A stretch of 61,805 nt of DNA, the filler included. It is 9 parts of 9 records of this genome, joined end to end, with 100 filler letters (N's around TTAATTAATTAA, not from the genome) between each part and the next. Parts side by side here need not be neighbours in the genome. Positions count along the whole stretch, not along the records: positions 18,134 to 28,476 come from SRR7504441_4077; positions 28,577 to 35,597 come from SRR7504441_4078; 7 more parts are not named here. The stretch is one strand, 5' to 3'. A program made the position numbers and the translations under genes. Numbering within the stretch: position 1 is the stretch's first letter; each line of letters opens with the position of its first letter. The notes under the pieces were generated by a model. That model ran no database searches. It was given only the letters and a program-made list of their open reading frames with translations, and was not told the DNA's origin. Positions 21,201-31,692 of the stretch are shown piece by piece.

Positions 21201-23736
21201 AAGACTTGCCTTGGACAAACAAACATCTGATACATCTTGGATTGCTGCTGTCCGTACAGCAAAATCCAGCACCAACATTAGCTCGAACACTGCAGGTGTC
21301 AAAGTACCCCTGCACCAGCACATCAAACTAAATAAACATTAGTACACACCAAGCCATTTTCGCATATCACTACTCCTCCAGCTTTTCCATTGCGAAACGA
21401 ACAGCAACTGAACCGGGGGTCTCCAAAATCAGACACCTGGCACAATAATTGCTCAAGATTCGAAGATTTGCTTTAAAAATCACCATAAGTCCCTCTTCCG
21501 CATTATCCGCGACATCGCACATTTCAAATGTTCCATAGCCATCACTCGATACATGGATTCCTTGATGCAAGCCGCGAGAAATCAGGCAATCTTTCCACTG
21601 TGGACATCCGCGCTCTTTTATAATGACACCCTGTCGCTCCTGAATCAGCTGTGGTTCAAGGTGATAGTAATCACCTGCAGCTCGTTTTCCAAGACCCTGC
21701 ACTTGTCAAAGCTACCCATGCCATCCTGATAAACCATTACACCAACTCCACTTCCTTTCCGTATACAGCATCTGTTCAACCAATTAGCTGGAGGTTTGAG
21801 ATATTCACAAAGGCTAGAGACCTAACGAAGCAAGGGTCGCTGTGATCCAAGACGCAAACGCCAGTCCCTTTATTCTGGCTGATCATACAGTCCTCAAAGT
21901 GACCATTGCTTGCACTATCCATGAGCACACCTGACACTTCCTATTCCCACAACCGTAATCAGCAATTGGCTTGGCTACCTTGGTCATGCCCTCCATTCAT
22001 TGAGCACTTGAGCAGCATTGGCGAACCCCCAGAGCCACAGTATACATTTGCCTGCAGTCACGCTACTAACCAGTACAGCGGCAGCCAAACCTCCATGTGT
22101 GAGAGGATGTGGCAGTTGATTAGTTTGGCTTGTCCCTGATGCACATTGAAATTCTCAAATTTGTATGGTTTTGAAACAGGAAATCACCTGATGGTCACAA
22201 GAGAGGCCCTTCCTTGCGCCATCGCGCACCACGCATCCGTCCAGTGAAGGATGACCACCATGAGTGGTGTATATACCATGACCCGAATTATTCGAAATTT
22301 CGGACTGCTTAAAATGGCCTCGTCCGTCGTCGGTGACCCGGAGCCCGTGCCGCTTGGCCCCGTGAATCTTGCAGTCAGTGAAGCTTGGGTTGCCTGCAGA
22401 GGAGCATCAGTTGAACTCTGCTGCTGGTCAGGGTTGGGTGCCTGCCGTGATTGAGATGTTATCACTCAGATTATCGAATATCTCAGAGCCAGTGATCTGA
22501 GCCTCTGCATCTGATTCCACCTGCCACACCAGAAGGCTAACTGGGCCTGCGCTGCTGTCCAGCTCACATGGATCCCGCTCCCGCTGCTCTGCGAAATTTG
22601 ACATTGTTCAACATCCTGCGAGCACATCTGAGCCGCGGTGCATCTGGCCAGATGCTCACAACTCTGGCGGCAGCTTGGATGCAAAGGCCATGCGAGCCCG
22701 AACCAGTGATGGATGTCTGCACCACAGCTGACAGCGCAGTCCGTGTGCTGCCAGGCCGCTCAGGCTGGGGTCAAAGCTGGAACACACCCCGGAGCTCGAG
22801 CCTGCGCAAGGTGGGCAAACAGGATCCCGTGCCCGCTGCCAGCAGATCAGAACTATCGGGCTGCGGTGCCGAGTACCCGGTAGAAGTGACGGTGCACTGT
22901 TGGATCCTGCAACTGGCCTGTGGATCAACAGCCAGCCCCACCGCCTCGCCCTCCACGCTGCTCTGCTTGATGATGCCATCCGAGCCAGCACAGGCGGCCA
23001 CCACCTGCCGCAGCTGACAGCACGCCACATGTGCCAGCACCTGAGGGCCGCTGCTGTACAGCGCACATCCTTCCACCAGCACATGCTGCCCTGCAGCAAA
23101 CGGGCTCGCTCGCCATTAGGCCAGCAGCCACCCGCCACACTGCACTCAGGGGCAGTGAGCTCGACCGCAGGCTGGGCTCCGCTCTCGTGTTGGAGCACCA
23201 GCCCACTGATTCGCACCCCGGCCGCGCACACGCGGACCGTTGGGCACTCCTGCACCGGCTGGTGAGCATCCCGATCCCGACTGCCGGCACACCTGGAGCC
23301 AGCGCACGCGCGGGAACCCTCGGTGCTGCAGCCGCCACTCCCAGCCCAGCTGATCTCCGACCGCTTCAGCCACCGAGCCGACCAGCCGCGTGACGAAACT
23401 GCCGCCCTGGCTGCCGGCGGCTCGGGCAGGCAGGCACCTCTTGAGCGCTCCCTGGCGCAGCGGCTCCCAGGCGGCAATGAACGCGACGCAGCGACGCTGC
23501 AGCTCGACCGGGAGCGCGGCCTGGGCCTGGCTGTTCCACTTTTCGGGCAGGCCTTCCAGGTTGATCGATCGGGTGTTCAGGTTGATCCACTCTTCGTAGC
23601 TCCCTGCCCGCCGGTCGGCGCTGCAGCTGGCAGGCCCGACACCCGGCTGCACGTACACAGTGCCGCCCTCCTCCGACGCCGCCAGGGCACCCTGGATCGT
23701 GGCATGATCTTCTGGCACTCGCAACTCGAGGGGCAT
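18295..23736 (-). CDS. Intron-rich right-handed parallel beta-helix (PbH1/pectin-lyase-like, FBXO11-type) repeat protein
   Basis: The N-terminus MPLELRVPEDHATIQGALAASEEGGTVYVQPG is a typical beta-helix cap. Many exon fragments carry xCxIxxNxxxGVxV repeats (LRDCEIFGNGTKNPAHGVEIK, FYGCSIHTNSGLGLNVQDRGRG, LVGCTVGSNSGAGLLVEDRGS). The full exon structure was not resolved. Confidence 0.8.
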
Positions 23737-23877
23737 GTCCTCCCTGGCAGTGGCCTGAGCCCGAGTGGAGCACGCGCCGGCCTCAACCCGCAGTGCGAAT
23801 CGGTGAAGCGCTTTCAGTTTGTCAATCCTGAAGCTGCAGCCCGCTCAGGATTGAAATCAGCCCGGGGGGCGGGAGCC

Positions 23878-25004
23878 ATGGCATGTGTGGCGATGGCAGT
23901 GCGCCCGAGTACAGACGTGCAGCAGACGCAGAGCCAAGAGCAGGTGTACAAAAACACGATCCTCTGCGTGCTTTCGGCGATCTGTGCGGAGCGCGAGTCG
24001 CTGCCCAGAGACAGCTTCAAGACCAAGTCGCTGTCGGGCGAGAGCATGACCGTGCTCAAGCGCAAGCGCACCGGGAACCTGCCTGAGGTGGACGCGCTCT
24101 GGACATGGATGTCCCAGGTGCGCGCACGCCCCCGGGCTCTCTGAGCGCACGGGTGGACAGGACCTGGTGCCACGCATGATGGAGGGCAGCCTGAGCAAGT
24201 TTGTGTTCGCCTTCCTCACACCGGAGGAGCACAAGCTGATCGAGGCTTACGAACTCAGCGTGATCTACCTTGATCAGAGCCATGTCACCACTCATGAGGC
24301 GCACGATCTGATCAATCGCTCCTTGACCCCGGTTCTCCACTTTGTAAAGCAGAGATCTGGAGGCCTCATCATACCTGCGGATCATGTAATGGCCATGAAG
24401 ATGTGAGTGCCGCTGCCATGCTGCCCTTGGGTCGTGCTCACGGCGTGGTCTGACAGGTATCTTCGTAACGCGCCAGAGACTAAGGATAAGCCAGAGCCAG
24501 AGCCGTGCCAGTACTCGTTCTCAGATGTGGAAGAAAGCGAGGACAACAGCTCCGTCTCATTCACCAACCAAAAGAAGCTCGGAGACATATCCTGCTCAAA
24601 GTGCCGCGTCGAGGTTCGGGTGATGACCGATGATAAGATGCTCGTTCCCACTCAGGTGGGCTCGCAGGACGATGTATGTAAGATTGATCGATCGACGCAG
24701 GTGCAGCCGGACTCTGAGCCTCAGGTGCTGACACAGCAGAGCGATTCCAAAAGGCAAAAACCACTGGCGCCAAAGTTTTCAGAACCTAGCACCAGCCAGG
24801 GAATGGGCTGGTATTAAGCTCAGTGTGTTGCTCCTGATGCGTGGAGGCCGATTAGAGGCCTCATTTAAGATTGCAGTACCCTCAAGATCTGACTCAGCCT
24901 TCGACTTGAACGTTGTAGACTTGCAGATCCCCCGTAAGCGGTGCACGGGTTGAGCCATCCGTGTGCACGATAATGTACAGCTGAGCAATCCTTCTCGAAA
25001 CTAT
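23878..25004 (+). CDS. HORMA-domain protein, Hop1/ASY1/HORMAD-like (divergent)
   Basis: Spliced product QQTQSQEQVYKNTILCVLSAICAERESLPRDSFKTKSL...DALWTWMSQ/DLVPRMMEGSLSKFVFAFLTPEEHKLIEAYELSVIY...MAMKM/YLRNAP follows the meiotic HORMA pattern. Introns at 24118-24160 and 24403-24456. The 3' end is uncertain; a basic ...QIPRKR tail lies near 24950. Confidence 0.65.
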
Positions 25005-25398
25005 TGATCGGCTGCTTGACAAATGCGAAGCTTCTTCAGATCATGAGTGATGTGTTTAGCATGCAGACTGGGGTACATAAGTATAACATGTCTCGCGATC
25101 GCGCATGTAAGGCTTAGCTTGATCTTATGACGTGTGAGCTAGGCCGATCAAAGCTCTTATTTACCATGACCATGCCCCGGCTTGTATCAGTAGGACTAAT
25201 TCATTTGCGGATCAACTGGATTAAAGAGGACAATTCTAATAGAATGAGTGGGAAAATAGATACTGTAGATGTTCGTTTATTTTGAATATTAAGCCTTGGA
25301 AAATAAAAAGGAGAGAGATGTAATATTACTAGAAGATTACATGACATTGTACGTATAAACGACTACGTTGCATGAACTTTTTAATGTTGAAGCCTCAC

Positions 25399-26895
25399 TC
25401 AATTCTCCCACCATATCTTGGGCTTTCTACGTTTCCCACGGCCACTCCAGATATCGATCTTGAGCATCAGCCTCCTAAGCATAGCAAATCCAGCCAAATA
25501 CCTCCAACTGACATCCAACCAACCGGAGCCCCGATTGTACGGACACACTCGGATACATACACTACAATCTGTGTTGATCTTGGTCCAATAGCTGCACAGC
25601 CCACAGAATCAAGCCAACTGCATGCTATGCAGGCCGAGCAGCCACCCGAAGCACTTTTCGGCGTCAGTTGACCACTTGTGAACTCCTTGGAGATTGCTGC
25701 GATTATGTACTTCCTCCTCCTGCCCACTGCCGAAACTAATTGCGCGGGCAGGGCAGCCCTCAGCACATAGCAGACATTGCTCGCAGAACTCCTTGACACC
25801 GAATTTGATAGGCGTGTCGTGTGCAAGTGGCATGTCGGTGAATACCTTGCCCAGCCTCACGCGAGGCCCCAATCGCGGAGTGATCAGCAGACCGTTTCTT
25901 CCATACTCCCCGAGCCCTGCTTGGATAGCATAAGGGATTGCATTGGCAGAATCGTTCATTGAAGGGACAGCCCGGTACCCTAGGTTCCGGATGTATTGTG
26001 AAAGCGTGAGTAGTGTCAATGCGTCGCGTGAGTATCCCATACCAACCGAGGCGCTGCTCAGGGCAGAGGGAACGCTCTGGATTAATTCTCGGTCCATGGC
26101 GGTTCCTATCACGATCACATTGGGCAAAGCTTCAGCTTCTGTGTTCAAGTCGCTCTGATCAGTTGGGCAGCCACTCTGCTCACGCTTGTGCATGCTCGTT
26201 GTTTCGGTATGATGCTCTCCCTGGGTCTCTGCAGGCCTGTCTTGATGGCCGAACCCGCCTTTACGACCCGAGGCCCTTGCATCGTTATCAGCATCGAGCA
26301 GTAGGTTGTTTGGTCTCTCCTTCTGCTCGAATCGCGAATGCTTGCGCTTGTAGTGCCATCGAGTATCGTGTGCTGTGATCCCCACCACTTCTGCGCCGTA
26401 CGTTTTGGCAACTAGTTTCAGCTGCTGAGCTGCTGCCTTGGTATCGGCTACAGCCACCTTGGTGCTAGTCTGCGGCTGTAAACTGGTCATTGCATCGTGA
26501 AACCCTTCGTGCCGATCCTCATGCTGTCTCCACTCGGCCAGCCAGTCTGTCAAGTGCCACGATGCGTTGCGAAGTGCAAAGTCACGCTGGCCGAAGCCCG
26601 ACCCGCGACGATCCCATTCCTTGCTTAGCTTGCGGTGTCCGGCGAAGAACTGCGCTACTCTCTTACCAGCCACCGCCGGGTCCCACTGAGCTCTATTGAA
26701 AACATCGTCACGCTGCGACATGCGCGCGAACCTGTCTGGGTCAATGTGAAAGCCGGCGTGCGCATCTGATGACCCGGGTTGGCATCGTACGCCCGCTTTA
26801 TCCGGTGCATTCCGTAGCATCCGACGAAATCGTGCCACCAACCTCTCCAGTACTTTGAGGCCGTCAGCAGCCCTCCCCTTCAGCTTTTGCGGCAT
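25399..26895 (-). CDS. rdhA: Reductive dehalogenase-family protein (cobalamin, 2x[4Fe-4S]; RdhA/PceA-like), two exons, about 480 aa
   Basis: Exons are 26895-25646 and 25591-25399 with a GT...CAG intron at 25645-25592 (54 nt). Motifs: GAEVVGIT, GYSR...LSQYIRNLGYRAVPSMND, AGLGEYGRNGLLITPRLGPRVRLGKVFTDMPL, CEQCLLCAEGCP (CX2CX2CX3CP) and, after splicing, CFGYWTKINTDCSVCIRVCP (CX10CX2CX3CP). It ends RGKRRKPKIWWEN. The start is taken as the first in-frame ATG. Confidence 0.88.
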
Positions 26896-27254
26896 TGCGC
26901 CCCACTCGCCGTCCCGCTGGCGACAGCACTCCAGCCCTCTGCGCAAGTCCAACGCCAAGCCGTTAGACTCTACAGTATAACAAGTATTTATTGAAATCTT
27001 GTGGTGCTACCTTGGGGAGCAGGTGCCATAGCGCAAAATCTATGACTTGTACATGTATTGCTAATGATTTGAATTACCACTGGTTGAATCTCTCTCCAAG
27101 CGATCGCCTCTGTACGTGCGTACGACATACTAAACGTACACTGCAATACCATAATACTCGTACCAACTGACTTACAAGTCTTACTATTTCCTACAGATGG
27201 ATCCAAAGTTCAAAGGGCAACGCTGGTGTTTGTCTTGGTGTCGAGGGGTTCAGT

Positions 27255-28476
27255 CTAGTCTTGGTCGCTGTCCTCTTTGGGCTGCTCTTCCTCAGCTTTA
27301 TCGTCATTGGCCTCAGCAGGCTCAGCTGGCTTGTCAGCAGCTGGCTCTTCAGCCTCACCTTCAGCTGGCTCTGGATCCTTCGGTGCTGCCGCACGGCTGC
27401 AAGCAGCTCAGTCAGTCCTCACGAGTGGATGTATGGCTCAAAACATTCACCTGCGGTCGGCATTCCGGTCCTCTTGCTCGACTTGGACTCGGCTGAGACA
27501 CAACTCACGCCAACAGGCACAGCCAACCAGACCTGCTCACACCATTCTTTTCCATATCAGTGCCATCCAGATGCTCGATTGCATCCTGCCAGCGGTCATC
27601 CTGTGCTACCACGGCAGGGCGACCTTCATCGACTGCTCGTTTGAGAACTCGCCGACACCAACGCCATCACTTACATTGGCAAACACTACATCGCCATGCT
27701 TGCGCAGGAAGTCCTGCACCTGAGTCAGTCGGTGCGATACTGGCTAGCACCTTCAGATCCTGCCAGGAGGCGCCTTCCGGCATCCCTCGGACCATGACTC
27801 GCCACTGAAACCGTTTGCCTGCACCAGTGTGAGCACCGGCTGCTGGCTGTGCGTGGCCTCCATGGTCGACTGGAGCTGGCCTGCCGGACCCAGCAATCTG
27901 CACCTTAAGTGCCCGCCCTCGCTGCAGCCCACAGTCAACCGCTGGCCGGCCTGGGCTGCGCACCAATTCCGCACCGTTCATGTCAGAGACTGCCGCATTG
28001 GCTATATCAGCTTCCTCAAAATCGACAAATGCGAAGGTATTGACGCCGTTATCTTTCACCATCGCGGAGACCACCGTGCCTTGCTGCAGCGGCCAGCTCA
28101 GGGCTGCGGGGCTGCTCGGGTTGCCTTGGAGAAGAACTCGCCCAGCTCCTCCCGGTCTACCCCTCGCGGCAGGTTCCCGACGAACACCCGCTTCCCTGCC
28201 CGCCGCTCAACCGGCTGCTGCCCCTGCCTGCCACCCACCTCCTTGCGTGTCGCCACCTCTGTAGTTGACCGATATCGGGCCGCCCTTGTATCCTCCCCGG
28301 CGCGGTGGGCTACGATCCCGGCGGTAGTCCCGGTCCCGTCGATCGTAGTCCCTGCGCGAATCCCTGTCGTCCCTGCGGTAGTCCCGGTCCCGGCGGTCAT
28401 AGTCTCGGTCTCTGCGATCGTAGTCCCGGTCTCGGCGCGAGTCCCTGTCGTCTCTGCGATCGTAGTCCCTGCGCGA
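27255..28476 (-). CDS. SR-family splicing factor (RRM + pseudo-RRM) with N-terminal RD/RS-rich repeats, 5'-partial
   Basis: RVFVGNLPRGV (RNP2), FAFVDFE (RNP1) and the SRSF1-type pseudo-RRM signature ASWQDLK/DFLRKHGDV split by an intron. Several short introns, an acidic tail and a stop at 27255-27257. Confidence 0.85.
28315..28476 (-). repeat. Coding RDRDYDRR-type low-complexity repeat
   Basis: Repeated (g)tagtcccggtc(c/t)cg and gatcgtagtccctgcgcga units encoding RRDYDRRDDRDSRRDRDY... Confidence 0.85.
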
Positions 28477-28576
28477 NNNNNNNNNNNNNNNNNNNNNNNN
28501 NNNNNNNNNNNNNNNNNNNNTTAATTAATTAANNNNNNNNNNNNNNNNNNNNNNNNNNNNNNNNNNNNNNNNNNNN
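28477..28576. other. Artificial contig linker
   Basis: Same 100-nt spacer. Confidence 0.99.
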
Positions 28577-28815
28577 GGTCCAAAGCAGCCTCTCGCAAGG
28601 TTTCTCTCCCTTAGGAAGGCCATCACTTGTGCGTCTAGGGCGGGGACGATGTTTGGATCAAGCCCCTAGGGAATTCGCTCAGAAACAATCTCAAGACTGA
28701 TTTGGAGGCCCAACACAAGTCGATGAACCAACGCTTGACAAACTTCGAGTCCTTGATGCAGCAAGCATGTAAGGCCTTGAAGGAATTGGCACCCGACGCT
28801 TTTCCGGCTAAATGA
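28577..28815 (+). CDS. 3' end of a hypothetical gene
   Basis: A putative short intron is followed by GGDDVWIKPLGNSLRNNLKTDLEAQHKSMNQRLTNFESLMQQACKALKELAPDAFPAK* and then AT-rich sequence. Confidence 0.4.
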
Positions 28816-29272
28816 CGCCCAACTGTACAAAGATTGACGGCCCAAAGATCAAAGATTGATCATTGCATATAAACTCAGTCGTCCAAGCCAAACTAAATAG
28901 GCAACGCTTGTGAATGCCTTCACTGAACACCACTAGGACATCTAACCATTTAGATCAACACGTGTACATAAGTAAATCGGTCAATTTTCTGTCATTGACT
29001 ACTCGGACTTATTCGAACAATTGGCAGTACACGGTAATTATAAGCTTATTCGAACAATTGTATCTGTAACTAGTAAACAATAATCGCAATAATGATGGTA
29101 ACTCGTACGTTCCCGTTACGTTCTCGCTACTTCTCCAATACAACAAGCCTCGCGCTATACAGAGGCATTCATGCCGTATTCGCCTTGCCCAAAGCTGCGA
29201 CTACACAAGGAAAACGTCGCTTGTGCCGCAAGGCGGGCCCGGCGACCCATTGGGCTTGCGGGTCGGCAAGAT

Positions 29273-30714
29273 CTAGAGACTCGACACAATCCAAGTGCAC
29301 CTGCATGCCTGTGACCCAGTCGCCCAGCTTCTAGGCACTCGCCTCATCGCCGTCTTCGTCCACCGACCGTCCACCGACCACAACGAGAGTAGAACCGGCC
29401 ACGGCCTGTGCCCGCGTGTCACGTGCAGCCGAGCCTCTGCATGCAGACCATCCCGAAGCCGTCCCGCGGAGTCAGCATCGGTGGCATCGGGGCCCACTCA
29501 CCGCCCTGGCAAGCATCGTCCGGGCCTGACGGCCTGGCAAGCACCTGTGAGAATCTCCAGCCCTCAGCCGATGGCATCCCGTCGGCCCCACAGCCTCCTG
29601 ACCACACGTCACACGGAGCCAAGGGCTGGGAGCACCAAACACGAATACTTCATCCGCAAACGTAGCTGCAGCGCAGGAGGCCACCGCCACCGGCAGGCTG
29701 GGCATCCACTCCCAGCTGTCGGTGGCCGGGTCGTACGCCTGTCGTTAAGATCAGCCGCCATCAACCGGCCGATTGCCTCAACGGACTCGAGCGGCGAATA
29801 CTCCTGGTCGACGCCAGCCACTGCCAACACCTTCCCCATCCAACCCACCACTGCCCGGGCACAGTCAGCCGCCGCAGCCGCTCCCAGGCCACCAGCCGGC
29901 CCGAGCCGCGCCGAGCGCATCCCCTTGACGGTCGACCAGCTGTGGTCAAATAAATCGAATCTTTCTACCAAGTTGGTATTCCACTGGGCCGTCTTGTCTC
30001 CCACGCTCATTGAGGCAATCCCGCCGCACACGTACATCCCACCGTCCACCGGGGCCATCCCGGCGAATGCCCGGGGCGAGCACATCGGCACAGAGTCGCC
30101 CCAAAAGTTGCCGGTCACCCCAAACCGCTGCCCCGCCATCAGCCTCGGCCAGGCCAGACACGCACCTTAATCTCGGCCGCAACTTCATATCCGGTCAGCC
30201 CACCCCCGTAGTACACTGTGCCCTCGTGCACTGCCGCACTCGCCGCCACCAGCCCGCACCGCATCACGGTCACTGGCCGCCACTCTCCGGCCGCCCCACT
30301 GCCGATCCAGTCGCATTTCTCGACCTCGAGCAGCTCGGGCTCGCACTCGGCCGACACGCAGCCCTGCTCGTCCGTCTCCACGCCGCTGGCGGTCCCTCCC
30401 AGCACGTACAGGCACGGGCTATCGCCCACGCACGCCGGGGCGCCCCGCTCGTGCTCGGCCTCATACTCGAGCCGGGCGAGCCGGGCGGCCTCGTTCTCTT
30501 GGCGGGTGGTCTCCTCGTCCGGGTACTCGTGCTTCTGCCACTCGCTGCCGTTGTAGTCCTCTGCCCGCATCAGCTTTGGCATCCCACTGCTCTTCTGCGC
30601 CTTCTCCACACTGCTCTCCATCGCCTGCTCCATCCGGTGCCGCTGTGTGGTGTGCTTGATGATGAACTCTCCTTCGCCTGATGCACTCACTGCTTGAAGG
30701 AGCCAAGCCCGCAT
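29273..30714 (-). CDS. Kelch-repeat beta-propeller protein, multi-exon
   Basis: LYVLGG, VYYGGG, MYVCGG, VERFDLFDHSWSTVKGMRSAR, YDPATDSWEWMPSLP and WAPMPPMLTPRDGFG occur across several exons. Both ends are approximate. Confidence 0.85.
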
Positions 30715-30749
30715 TTAATTAATCAGATACTAATCTTACAACCACCGAG

Positions 30750-31669
30750 CTACAGATCTTTGGCGAGCCAGGGTTCGAACCGCTGCCGGATCCGGCCGAA
30801 TATCGACTTCATCTCCCGCGGCATCCCGAGCCGATTCTCATAAGTGGCCGGGCTCAGCCGTAGGTCGACGCACAACAGCATCGACCAGAGCGTGCCCTCC
30901 GCGCACGGCTGCATCTTGGAGACGGTCAGGAGCACCTTTGTCCGTTGCACCTTGGCCTTGGGCTTGAGAGGGTGCTGGGTATGGGTGGCTGCTGCCCACA
31001 GCGAGCCGTCCGCATCGTTCCACTGAAGCTCCGTGTAAAGCATTTCTCGCCGGTCCACAACCCCGTTCATGTACGGCCGCTGCAGCTTATAAATAGCTCG
31101 GGCCTCCCCGAGCCGCCCGAGCGGTATCGAATCGAGCAGCTCTATCGCCTCGCACTTGGGATCCATCGCTCGCGTCTGCCCAAGCTGCGTCGCGCACCAC
31201 ATCTCCTGCCGCCGGCGCTCGGCCGGCACCGCCACCCCCGGCACCATCAACTCGTGCGGTCGTACCCCCGGCACCGCCCCGCATATCCAGTACCCCGTGT
31301 GCGCCCCACTCATGTTTGCGCAGCTCCTGCCCCCAGCGCTCAGGCGGGTCGCGGGCACAGGGGCACCGGAGGGTGAGCCCATCGCCCTCCTCGTAGGGCT
31401 CGAACCCGCCAGTGAGCATCTCAGCCGCCCCCATCTGCGCCAGCGCCCGGCTTCGGAGCGCCGAGGCAAACCGCTGCCAGTAATTGAGTCGGCGGCAACG
31501 GGCCGCGCACCTCGAGCTCCGGCCGCTGGTCCTCCGATGCCCATGGGTTGCGGTTGGGGGCAGCGGTGCAGACGGTGTGCTCGTCCGCCGGGCAGCAGGC
31601 CTCGTCGTCCTCGTCGGCCCCCTCCCCGAAGCAATGATAGTTGGAGAAGCAGCCGCTGATCCATTGCAT
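30750..31669 (-). CDS. START/SRPBCC-like lipid-binding domain protein, multi-exon
   Basis: Last exon RAIYKLQRPYMNGVVDRREMLY...ATHTQHPLKPKAKVQRTKV...SKMQPCAEGTLWSMLLCVDLR matches the START pattern. The first exon is probably MQWISGCFSNYHCFG from ATG 31669. Confidence 0.65.
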
Positions 31670-31692
31670 TGGAGCCGTTACCAAGAGCCGTT

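Noticed and set aside
19000-22600. Alternative genetic code or frameshifting to explain fragmented ORFs
   Set aside because: Short GT-AG introns explain the breaks wherever I traced junctions elsewhere in the window, and TAA, TAG and TGA all serve as stops. Junctions in this stretch were not individually traced.
25399-26895. Bacterial contamination or a truncated pseudogene as the explanation for rdhA
   Set aside because: A canonical intron of the size typical of neighbouring genes restores the frame and the second Fe-S motif exactly, and the flanking genes on the contig are eukaryotic. Chimerism is not formally excluded without reads.
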